A stretch of DNA of 64,000 nucleotides from Monocercomonoides exilis PA203 (taxonomy: Eukaryota > Protista > Preaxostyla). Every line of letters starts with the position of its first letter. Position 1 is the stretch's first letter. Below the pieces are notes generated by a model. The model was not told where the DNA came from. It made no database searches and saw nothing but the letters and a program-made list of their open reading frames with translations. Location: NCBI GenBank assembly GCA_001643675.2, contig LSRY02000019.1, positions 558,001 to 622,000 on the forward strand. Reading direction: 5' to 3'. A program made the position numbers and the translations under genes. Shown here piece after piece: positions 36,571 through 46,224 of the stretch.

Positions 36571-39500
36571 TCATTGTGCGGCATCCTCATTCGTATTTTT
36601 CCCGCTTTCATCACTTTTCTCACATCCACTTTTTTTCATTTCCTTTTCTTCAGAGGACTCTTCCAATTCAATGGCATCTGACATCGTCAGAATCACCATC
36701 TCCGCTGGAAAGCGCTTTATGAACTCCCGCTTCAGCTGCGTGAGGGACGGACGGTCTTCTGCTGATGAAGAAATGCAATTCTTGATGGTTTCAAAATATG
36801 AATTTGCTTGTAATTGCTCCGATGCAGGTCTTTCTCCATTCACAATCTTCTGCCCTGCTCCCTCTCCATCATACTCTCCAAACGGGACCTGAAGAGTCAA
36901 GCACTCCCACAACATCATCCCGATCGAGAACACAACTGATTCCTTTGTTGCTCTCATCTTCTTATTGATCAAAAGCTCAGGTGCCTTCCACCTCAAACAC
37001 TCTTTTTTGTAATAATCATCATTCTCAAAGGCGGATGAGGGAAGAGAGTCCTCATCATCATCACTTGCAGATGTGACAACAGTTGATGATGATATGGATG
37101 ATGAATCTGAACTATCATCGGACAATAAGTCAGAATGCATGACAATACAGATGACCATGCGCTCGGAGAAAAGAATAATGTGGGGACTCAGATTGGCCAA
37201 TGATTGGAGTGGATTTTCCATTTCATCAAATGAATGGAGCGAAAGATTAGCCACCCAGAACAGGATCTGAGCAGCTGTTTGCTCCCTCTCCTGAAGAGTA
37301 CCAATCGCCATCTCCTTTGTCTTATTCCTTCCATGGAGCAGCATGAACAAAGAATCCCTCAGATCCACAATCAGCTTCTCATGAGGAGGTGAACAGGCCA
37401 TTGCATCAACCAAATTTGAAATTGATGAGGTGGTTGGGCAAAGATCCTCCCCTCGAACAAATGTTGAATCTGAATCAGTTGTTGAAGTGGATGAAATGGA
37501 TGGAGAAAGTGTTCTCTTCCTCGATATATCATCTTCTTCCTCATCGACCTTCTCCAGCATCCATTCAGGAATCTTGTCTGAGTCTCTGCCCAGGATGTAT
37601 TCAGTCGATCCACTTTCACTCAATAAATGCTCTGATGACTCTGAGTGTCCCAAGCTTTTCTCAAACACCCTCTTCTTTATCCTCTCCTCATTCTTCTTCT
37701 CAGCCTCCCTCTCAGCCCTTCTCCACTGTTCCTCAGGAGACATCTCCATCGTCACCATCTCTATCGCCTTCGGATCTTTTCTGATATTGTCTTCCACAAT
37801 CACCTCCAATTCTTCTGTCCGTCTCTTTTGCTTCCTCCATCGAATCGTCACAACAACAATGATCAATAGTAGCACAACAAATATAATGCAAGAAACAACA
37901 ATAATGATCCAAGTGAATTTCGTGCCATTCCCACCTTCAACAATTCTTTCATTTCCACTTGACTGACCTTCGCTCCTGTTCTTCAGAATGAATGATTGAG
38001 TAGATGCTGGAGATTCTGATCTCCCAAACAGAATGCACACACTCACTTCAATTTCGTCTCCACAACCACTGATGAGATCCTTTGCAACACTTCCTTCAAC
38101 TTCTCTTTCTGACAGAAATCCATTTGAATCAAAATCATGTTTTTCAATCTCTTTCTCTTCTCCTTTTCTCTTTACAACTGCTAATGAAAGATTGCACGGA
38201 ATAAGAAGCAATCCTTTTATTGTCAGTTTCATTCTGTCTGCCTCTTCTTTTGCTTCCACACTCTCCAATGCTGGAATGAAGAATGATGAATCTCTCTCTG
38301 AAGCAATTCCTTCAAAGCTGCACCCTTCATTCAACATCCAAAGCGATGTATTTCTCTCCAATCCATCTCCTCCTTTCAAACTCAGCACATTCAATGCTCC
38401 TGAATCTGAGCAGATGATATTTCTTCTCAATGATGGATATCCTTCAATTGATGGATTATTGCTTGAGAAATTCCCTGCTTCAATTTTAACGCTTCCTCCT
38501 CTCATTGTTATTCCACCATCTGGTGAATTTGAGATTGTTGAATCTTTCATCATCACAGAACTCTTCACAACATCCACAAGAGATCCATCCCATCTGCACA
38601 TCTCTTCCTCATTCAAATCCTGTTCATTTTTTTCCTTTGAATTCCCATCAAATATGCAATTGTCCATTTTCATATCGGTGCAATCCTCTACATTCATCAA
38701 TTTCCCTTTTATGGTCTTTGAACTTATTTTCCCTATTGTGCAATTTGTCAATTGCATTGTCTTTTTCATTGAAAAGCATGATATCAATGATTTTTCATTT
38801 CCTTCAACTGAGATATTTTCTGTATTGAAATCCTTGATTGTTAATTGTCCGCATTCATATATATCCAATAGAGATTTCGAAATTGTTGAATTGCAAATCG
38901 TTAATGAAACAATTACTGACGAAAGAGAAGATGAAAGATATAATGCTGATTCATGAAGAATGAGATTTGTCACCTTGCATCTATCAAGTTGTAGTTCTCC
39001 TTTTGCCATTTGAATAACGTGAAATGGAATGTTTGTAAAAGCAAAATTTCTTCCTTTCGTTGATGATTTTGAAGAATATGAACAATTCACAATTTCAAAA
39101 ATTCCTCCCTCTGGTGATATCAGTGATTCATGTGAAGAGATGAAATTTGGATCAAATACAAAGTTCACTCTCAGCAATGAGACTGTTCCTGTTGTTATTA
39201 TCAATGCCTCCTTTGTTTTTTCAATACTAGATTTCACTTCAACTTTACAATTTTCTCTGTTCTTCGAACTCAAACTCATCTCCTCCAGTTCTATCTCTTC
39301 CCCAATCACACTCTCTTCAACAACAATCATCACGCTCATGAAATCTGAAGTCAAATGCATCAGTCCATGATCAATCGAATCACATGGAAGAATGTTTGTT
39401 CCACATTGCCTCTCATCCGATCCATTCACACTGCTTACAATGATTGTGTCGCTCTGATGGATCGTAACAAATTCAATCAGATCTGTATCTTCTTTGTGTT

Positions 39501-42500
39501 CGCACCTATCAATTCCATATATTGCATTGAATTGAGTGAAGTTGCCTTCTCGAAGATCAAATTGAAATTGGCTTTCATTGATCTGAGATGTGACGTTGAA
39601 ACATTCAATGAAAATATCATTCCCGACTCTTGCTGTGTTTGAACTGAATTTCATTCCCACAAATGTGAAATCAAGAAACCCTCTTTCCTTTGTTGCCAGA
39701 TACACCCCTCCTCCTTTCCCATTGGCGCAGCTGCAACGGCTGATTGTTGAGTCAACCATCTTCATCGATCCTGATGCACCCAATGTGAAGAATATCGCAC
39801 CTCCTTTTTCACTTGATTCTGCTTTGTCTTCTGTGATGTTGCTCTCATTCACAACCAAACAAATCTTTTTCTCACTCTTTGATTCCAAAATGCTTGCTCC
39901 ATTGTCACATCTCTTTATTCCTGAAAATGATGATTTGTTAATCTCAATATTTACACATTCTTCATCTCCTTCATTTGTCTTCAATCCTTGTTCAGATTTC
40001 TTGATTGATAAAATACATCCTCCGCTTTCATTTAACGATTCCACTCGAACATTCACCAAATGACAAGTTATTCCAGAATCATGAATGACAAAAATACTGT
40101 TTCCAACATTGCATGATTCCATTGACAAATCAATCACTTCCACAGTTCCTCCAATTGCATCCACAAATACACATTCAAATCTATTGTTCGTTCCTGCCTC
40201 TGAATGGAATGAACATTCACTTATCACCAAATCTCCATCTTTGTTTGAAATAATCGATTTTGCTGAGTTGTCAAATTCAGATGTCAGTTTGAGTTGGATA
40301 TTTGTCAATTCAAGATGAAAATAATTTTCCATGAAATATTCCAATTTGTTTTCAACTGCCTTTTCAAATTTCAATTTTGCTTTTACATTTTCTTCTCCCA
40401 TCTTTACACTCTTTTTGATCTGATAATTGGAAACATTGAAAGAATCTCGAATGATTGTTGATCCTTCAATCTGAATTGTTTTCATAGCATCTCCATCTCT
40501 CATGTTTTCCATCCCTTTCCACATCGTTTTGCATGGCTCTTCTTCACTTCCACAACGTGCAACATCAAATCCAGTCGATGAAATAAATATTTCAGTTGAG
40601 CTGAATGGAACGAGGAACATGAATAAATCCTTGTTTGAATGATAGTTATCACTTCCAACAAAAAGAGTTTTATCATTTATCATTGAGGAATAATCAAACT
40701 TGAATGAAGTATTTGTCACAGAAGAATTAAAATCCTTTGCCAAAATGAACACATTCTTTCCAATGGCTGCATTGTTATTCTCAAATGTTACGCCAGCATC
40801 AAAAAGAAATGGTGTTTCATTTAAGCAATTTTGGCAATCCAAATACAAGAATCCTCCTTTTCCATTTTTTGATGAAAGCGAGCAAGATGATGCATGTGTC
40901 GATTTAATTACCAATTTTTCATTCTCTTTCAATGTCACTTTTGCAACTCCCCCTTCTCCACTGCCTGTGTTTTCAATCTGTGAAAAGTTGCCACTTTCAA
41001 ACAAAACAGAAGAAGATATTTCCAATGGAGATTCTCCAAATGAACGCTCAAAGATGCACCCTTCTATTGAGCAATTCAACAGTTTCACTTTGTATTCTTC
41101 TTCACTCTCTCCTTCATTCACAGTTCTGGATGAAGGTGAAAGTGAAAACAGCTCGACTGATGATTTCACTTCTGAAATAGTGACAAAGTTCAATCCAACC
41201 ATCTTCCCAGTTGATTTGATCAAAGAAAATCTTATCGTGTTTCGCTTCCCTCCAATAAAATTAATTGCACAGTTTTTCATGTGCAGCTCACCATTTGTAC
41301 TGCTAGATTCGATCACAGACGTGATTGTTCTGCTAAAACTTGATGGAACAACAATCCCAATGAACTCCATTTCTGTCAGTGATGATGATTTCAGAACACA
41401 TTCTTCTTCAGATCTACTCAATTCTGTTTGGCATTCGATCTGCACAACAGCTTCCTCTTTTGCCTTTACACACATTCCTCCCACATCAACACACCCAGTT
41501 AAAAACGAATTTGAGATTACGATAATCTCTTCTTTAATATTCGGTGTTTTCTTTAAACGCTCCATTCCACAATTAACGTTCAAACATGGAGCCTTTTCCA
41601 TCCCACAATACACCTTTTCGACACCAGATATTCCATCGACAAACATCTTGTCAGCTGTATATCCTTCAATAAAAATGAATAAATCGACATCCCAATCACC
41701 GAATGCTTCTGTTCTATCGCTCCCAAATACGGAGTTGTCTTTCTGAGGGATGCTTCTCATGAAGGCGAACAAGGGCTCTTTCACAGAAGCGACAAATGAT
41801 TCACACACAAAATACATATCTCTTCCGACACTCGCCTTGTTGGCTGAAAACACGATATTGGTTATGGAAAAGGAGGATTCTGACACTTCTGAATTATCCT
41901 TGTACTCGATCATGAGAGCACCGCCTCTTCCTCCAGAACTTGTATCCTCGCTCACAGAGCAGGTGGAGAAGGTGGTGTTGTTCACAGAAAATGTGTTGGC
42001 AGGGGCAGATGAGGCGAATGAGATGCACCCGCCATTGGTGGGAGTCTGTTGGTTCAACTGTTCTGAGTTGATGTTTGTGATGGTGCAGTTGGCGAGGGAG
42101 AGGGAGAGGGCAGGGGAGGTGGCAGAGGAGAGGACACAGCTGGTGGGGGTGGCTGTGGAGGTGATGTGGGTGATGCTGGAGGAGTTGAGGGTGAGGGGGT
42201 TTGTGAGGGAGGTGAGGTGGAAGATGCTTCGGCTGTTGAGGGAGAGTTGGGTGATTGCTGTGTGGTTGAGGGCGAGGGAGCCAGCAGTGAGGAAGAAGAG
42301 GGGAGTTTTTATTGTAATGGATGTTGTTCCGGTGATGGTGGTTGTGTTGAGGCTGAGGGAAGGGGAGTTTTGGGAGAGGTGGAAGAGGATGGGGGTGATG
42401 GGATTTGTGGAGTTGTGAGCGATGGCGAGGGCAGAGACTGTGAGAGAGCCCTGTGTCTGTTGGAAGAGGGCAGACAAGGCAGATGGATCTGATGAAGAAA

Positions 42501-44706
42501 ATGATGATGATGATTGTGATGACTGTGAATGTGAGTTTGATGGTTGGGGAATGCCACTGGAGGCGATAGTGGTGGCAGTTGTGCCATTTCCAGTGATTTT
42601 TGTATTTGGAGCACGAAATGTGAGAGTCTTTGCGGGAGTGAAAGTGGAGACGAGAAGAGAGAGGGAGGCATCGCTGAAGGGAGCAACGCATCCGAGGGCA
42701 TACTCCACTGTGGCACATGGGCTTTGCTGTGTTTTCCCACAGGCATCGACATCACTTCCACCATTTGCAACGATTTTGTCCTGGTTGATGATGGGAAGCC
42801 AGCTGTTGACAGTCTCGTTATCTGCTGTATTATTGTTCCAAACTCTTTTTGTGAGGGTCGTTGATCCGCATTGCTGGAAAGGTGCTTTGGTAATACTAGT
42901 TCCACCAAAGAATACATCGTTTCCTCTTCCATTTGAAGCGGAGTTGTTATTGAAGAAACAAAATGAGATAAGTTTTATTTCATTCATCCATGTATAAGAA
43001 GAATGAAAATAAATGGCAGCGCCTCCATAATTGGTTGAGGCAGTCAATTTGTTATTTATGAATTGGCAATCATTGATTGAAAACTGATTTGATTTATTAT
43101 TGGGAAGATAATAAAATGTCAAAGATCCAGCGGAATTGCTACCATAATTGGAGATGCATTTGCATTCGGAAAACAGGAATTGGAAAGTTGATGTTGCGTT
43201 TTCTAATCTGATGTACCATCCAGTTCCACACCAATCTGCTATTGAACAACCTTCCATTCTGTTTTCGGAGAATGTCCAAACAGAATTTGATCGTGGCCAT
43301 CCGACGTATGCGCCTCCTTCATGAAATGCGGAGCTATTTGAGATACTGGATTTTGAGATATTGACATTTTGTAAATATTTGCAAAATATTGCTCCGCCAT
43401 GATCGCTGGTTGAGCATTTGTTGAATGAGCAAGATGCAATTGTGAGATTCGCATTTGTGCAATTAACATTAAGTGCACCTCCATTATCACTTCCTCCATT
43501 TGAATCATTCCATTCGCACCATTCAAATTTATGGCTGTTCTCATCAAATGAATCCAATCTACCAGGTTTCATTCTTTGAAATTCCGTTCCCACATCCACG
43601 ACAGCAGCATTTGGAGAAGGGCGTGTTTGATGGAGGAAAGAGGCATTCAAGGCAGAGAGAGAAGTTGATGGACTGTTGAGGGAAGGGAAGATGGCACCAT
43701 CGATGGGATTGTGGGTGTGGATAAAGATGGTTGAGTGGATGGAGAGGGATGACTGAAGGAAGAAGGAGGGGATTGTTTTGACGTTGGCGTTGGTGAAAAT
43801 GGAGGTGGAAGAGGTTGAGGTGGTTGAGGTGAAAGGATTGAGCGAGTGTGAGGGAAGGGATGGAAGAGATGGATGGGATTGGGGAGATGAGATGTTGGAG
43901 AAGAGGGTGTTTGAGAGATGGAGATTGAGGTGGATTTGGAAGTGGGGATGGGATTGGTGATGGTTATGGAGAGGGGAAGAGGAAGAGGAAATGGAATGGG
44001 AAGGGTAAGGGGAAGAAAAAGAAGATGATGGAGATGGAGATGAGGAAGATGAAGGAGAAGGGGAAAGGGATAGAGATGGAGAAGGTGAATGGGAAGGGGA
44101 AGAGAGGGAAGAAGGAGAGAAAAGGAAGGGCAGGATGAGGGATATGAATGAGGAGAAGGAGGAGTGGGAGATGGAGAAGGAGGCAGGGATTGGGGAGTGG
44201 GCAACTGAGAGGAGATTGTTTGGGGTGGAGAAGAGGGGGAAGGAGAATATGGCTGGTTGAGGGGTGGTTAAGGAGAAGTTTGTGAGGGCGAGGGAGGCAT
44301 GGACAGAGAGAAATAGTGGAGATTTTGTTGCTGGGTTGATTTGGCAAGTGGAGGAGCAGACTGCAGCAGCTGAGTGGTGTTGGGCAGTGAGGAGTGGACA
44401 GCCACTGAGAGGGATGAGGTTGAGATGGGTCACACACAAGGAGGTGTTGATGATAGAGATACTTGTTTCGAGATAGCATATGTAATTACAAGCTACATCT
44501 TCATTTTTTGCTGTAGAGATACCAAAATTGTTGTTAAACTTTGTATTTTCATTTGAATAGTTGATCTGTACTTTTTGATTCTCCGCATTCCTTTCTAGTT
44601 GATTTTGTTGAAAAACAAAACTTCCTCCATCTCTGCAGTTAACAACAAGCAACAAGATAACTACAATATTTAATGCAGCTTTTGCGCTGGTACAACACCT
44701 CTCCAT
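36571..44706 (-). CDS. Large receptor-like protein: beta-helix repeat ectodomain, single TM, C-terminal TKL-like pseudokinase C-lobe
   Basis: 2711-aa intronless ORF; signal-like N-terminus; four G..CG..PC modules; TM WIIIVVSCIIFVVLLLIIVVVTIRWRK; LRWKAPELL, VVFSIGMMLWECLTLQVPF, DRPS. Confidence 0.85.
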   Translation of the reverse strand: MERCCTSAKAALNIVVILLLVVNCRDGGSFVFQQNQLERNAENQKVQINYSNENTKFNNNFGISTAKNEDVACNYICYLETSISIINTSLCVTHLNLIPLSGCPLLTAQHHSAAAVCSSTCQINPATKSPLFLSVHASLALTNFSLTTPQPAIFSFPLFSTPNNLLSVAHSPIPASFSISHSSFSSFISLILPFLFSPSSLSSPSHSPSPSLSLSPSPSSSSSPSPSSSFSSPYPSHSISSSSSPLHNHHQSHPHFQIHLNLHLSNTLFSNISSPQSHPSLPSLPSHSLNPFTSTTSTSSTSIFTNANVKTIPSFFLQSSLSIHSTIFIHTHNPIDGAIFPSLNSPSTSLSALNASFLHQTRPSPNAAVVDVGTEFQRMKPGRLDSFDENSHKFEWCEWNDSNGGSDNGGALNVNCTNANLTIASCSFNKCSTSDHGGAIFCKYLQNVNISKSSISNSSAFHEGGAYVGWPRSNSVWTFSENRMEGCSIADWCGTGWYIRLENATSTFQFLFSECKCISNYGSNSAGSLTFYYLPNNKSNQFSINDCQFINNKLTASTNYGGAAIYFHSSYTWMNEIKLISFCFFNNNSASNGRGNDVFFGGTSITKAPFQQCGSTTLTKRVWNNNTADNETVNSWLPIINQDKIVANGGSDVDACGKTQQSPCATVEYALGCVAPFSDASLSLLVSTFTPAKTLTFRAPNTKITGNGTTATTIASSGIPQPSNSHSQSSQSSSSFSSSDPSALSALFQQTQGSLTVSALAIAHNSTNPITPILFHLSQNSPSLSLNTTTITGTTSITIKTPLFFLTAGSLALNHTAITQLSLNSRSIFHLTSLTNPLTLNSSSITHITSTATPTSCVLSSATSPALSLSLANCTITNINSEQLNQQTPTNGGCISFASSAPANTFSVNNTTFSTCSVSEDTSSGGRGGALMIEYKDNSEVSESSFSITNIVFSANKASVGRDMYFVCESFVASVKEPLFAFMRSIPQKDNSVFGSDRTEAFGDWDVDLFIFIEGYTADKMFVDGISGVEKVYCGMEKAPCLNVNCGMERLKKTPNIKEEIIVISNSFLTGCVDVGGMCVKAKEEAVVQIECQTELSRSEEECVLKSSSLTEMEFIGIVVPSSFSRTITSVIESSSTNGELHMKNCAINFIGGKRNTIRFSLIKSTGKMVGLNFVTISEVKSSVELFSLSPSSRTVNEGESEEEYKVKLLNCSIEGCIFERSFGESPLEISSSVLFESGNFSQIENTGSGEGGVAKVTLKENEKLVIKSTHASSCSLSSKNGKGGFLYLDCQNCLNETPFLFDAGVTFENNNAAIGKNVFILAKDFNSSVTNTSFKFDYSSMINDKTLFVGSDNYHSNKDLFMFLVPFSSTEIFISSTGFDVARCGSEEEPCKTMWKGMENMRDGDAMKTIQIEGSTIIRDSFNVSNYQIKKSVKMGEENVKAKLKFEKAVENKLEYFMENYFHLELTNIQLKLTSEFDNSAKSIISNKDGDLVISECSFHSEAGTNNRFECVFVDAIGGTVEVIDLSMESCNVGNSIFVIHDSGITCHLVNVRVESLNESGGCILSIKKSEQGLKTNEGDEECVNIEINKSSFSGIKRCDNGASILESKSEKKICLVVNESNITEDKAESSEKGGAIFFTLGASGSMKMVDSTISRCSCANGKGGGVYLATKERGFLDFTFVGMKFSSNTARVGNDIFIECFNVTSQINESQFQFDLREGNFTQFNAIYGIDRCEHKEDTDLIEFVTIHQSDTIIVSSVNGSDERQCGTNILPCDSIDHGLMHLTSDFMSVMIVVEESVIGEEIELEEMSLSSKNRENCKVEVKSSIEKTKEALIITTGTVSLLRVNFVFDPNFISSHESLISPEGGIFEIVNCSYSSKSSTKGRNFAFTNIPFHVIQMAKGELQLDRCKVTNLILHESALYLSSSLSSVIVSLTICNSTISKSLLDIYECGQLTIKDFNTENISVEGNEKSLISCFSMKKTMQLTNCTIGKISSKTIKGKLMNVEDCTDMKMDNCIFDGNSKEKNEQDLNEEEMCRWDGSLVDVVKSSVMMKDSTISNSPDGGITMRGGSVKIEAGNFSSNNPSIEGYPSLRRNIICSDSGALNVLSLKGGDGLERNTSLWMLNEGCSFEGIASERDSSFFIPALESVEAKEEADRMKLTIKGLLLIPCNLSLAVVKRKGEEKEIEKHDFDSNGFLSEREVEGSVAKDLISGCGDEIEVSVCILFGRSESPASTQSFILKNRSEGQSSGNERIVEGGNGTKFTWIIIVVSCIIFVVLLLIIVVVTIRWRKQKRRTEELEVIVEDNIRKDPKAIEMVTMEMSPEEQWRRAEREAEKKNEERIKKRVFEKSLGHSESSEHLLSESGSTEYILGRDSDKIPEWMLEKVDEEEDDISRKRTLSPSISSTSTTDSDSTFVRGEDLCPTTSSISNLVDAMACSPPHEKLIVDLRDSLFMLLHGRNKTKEMAIGTLQEREQTAAQILFWVANLSLHSFDEMENPLQSLANLSPHIILFSERMVICIVMHSDLLSDDSSDSSSISSSTVVTSASDDDEDSLPSSAFENDDYYKKECLRWKAPELLINKKMRATKESVVFSIGMMLWECLTLQVPFGEYDGEGAGQKIVNGERPASEQLQANSYFETIKNCISSSAEDRPSLTQLKREFIKRFPAEMVILTMSDAIELEESSEEKEMKKSGCEKSDESGKNTNEDAAQ

Positions 44707-44837
44707 GGATGTGGATGCGGAGAAATTTTAAAAATAAGGATTCCTGCACCCATTATTATATGGCATTTATAAAATTTTTTAAAACAATTGTACGACGAGA
44801 AAACAAAATTCATATAATATTTATTAAAAGAAAATTA

Positions 44838-46224
44838 GGTATAAGGGTTAGATATGGGAGTTTTCAAAACTCCTTAAAACATATTTATTTGTAATTAATA
44901 TGATCACTAATCATCATTATTCATGTTCATAATTATCGGAAATGTGTGTGGATGAAAAATAAAAAATTTGAAAAAAATTAAAAAAAATCAATTATGGTTC
45001 ATAATCTGAAGTTTTTTCTTCTTCTGTCTCGAGCCCTGACGATTCATCCTCAGTTTCTTCATCTCCCAAAATATCTTCAATTTGAGGGATTTCGGTATCT
45101 TCATTTTTAACTTCCTCTTCCGCAAGATCTTCTGCTGGCTTTTCCACAGCTTTAAACTTAACGATAGTAGGTGAAATATCTTGAAATTTATGTTTCAAAA
45201 AATTTTTAACCATAAACATAGCTAAATGATTTGCAATCAATGATTTTCTCACTCCATACTGAGGGAATGATTAGCGCAATGCACCCCATAAGCCCTCTAT
45301 CGTATTTGTGAATGTACGCTAAACAGGATCAATAAAATTTCTATTATGGCAAACATTTTTATGTGTGTGATTGAAAGGATAGAAAGTGGAGAATGCTTTT
45401 CACTTGTCGCTCATGATTGTTGTCCGGCTTCGAATTGTTTCAAACATGATGGGAAGAAGAGTTTCCCTCTTTCTGTTAGGCACAACTTTCACAAAACGAG
45501 GACCAGCTCCTCCTCCCTCCAACCTCTCAACTCCACCAAATATCCATATTTGTTCCTTTCTTCTTCCTCTCTTATATTTTCTTCTCCTCCACACAGCCTC
45601 GTCAATTTCAACCACTTTTCCTTCTCCTCCTATTGGATTTTGATGTAAATTCCAAATTTCCATGCATGAAACTCTTACGACACTGCACCAAAATCCAACA
45701 GTTATCCTATCCACTCCCAGCATTTTCAAAATGAACTTTATATTTGCACCTTCCCAATACCACAAAATGATTCTAAAAACCTTCCCTAATCCTAATTTAT
45801 TCCCAGAGAAAACTGTTTCATCATATGCAGATTTCTTTCTATTGCATTTCGAACTGAACCAATATCTGTAAAACTTTTCCACTTTCAGAATAATCATTTT
45901 TCTTCTGCAGCGGACGCAAATTTTCGCTTCGTTTTTCAAAACATTCTCATAAAACCGCTTCCGCGCCACGTCTTCGTGTGTGAAAACATTATCCAGCTGA
46001 TGAGGCTTAATTATCTGAAGATCCGGCATTGCCATTTCAATATTACAATATTGATCACAACCCATAACAACTTGAAATTGACCTTTTTCAAAAAAAAATT
46101 TGAAAATTATAATTATGGATTTCCGATGATTATAAACATGAATTATGATGATTAAAAATCATATTAATAACAAATAAATATATTTTAAGGAGTTTTGAAA
46201 ACTCCCATATCATACCCATATGCC
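44838..46224 (-). mobile_element. Merlin (IS1016/ISXO2-like) DNA transposon, full length
   Basis: 106-bp imperfect TIRs (44838-44943, 46119-46224) with GG..CC ends; 8-bp TSD GAAAATTA at 44830-44837 and 46225-46232; internal DDE transposase. Confidence 0.95.
44992..46065 (-). pseudogene. Merlin transposase with three in-frame stops
   Basis: One frame: CVRC..VVEIDEA..RRKYKRGR..WIFGGVER..VPNRKRETLLPI..TIMSDK*KAF..VCHNRNFIDPV*RTFTNTIEGLWGALR*SFP; stops TGA 45400-45402, TAG 45319-45321, TAA 45271-45273. Confidence 0.92.

Noticed and set aside
45271-45402. Stop-codon reassignment or readthrough in the Merlin transposase (some oxymonads read TAA/TAG as Gln)
   Set aside because: Host genes here end in TAA/TAG, all three stop types occur, and the TGA replaces a conserved Trp; ordinary nonsense decay explains it.
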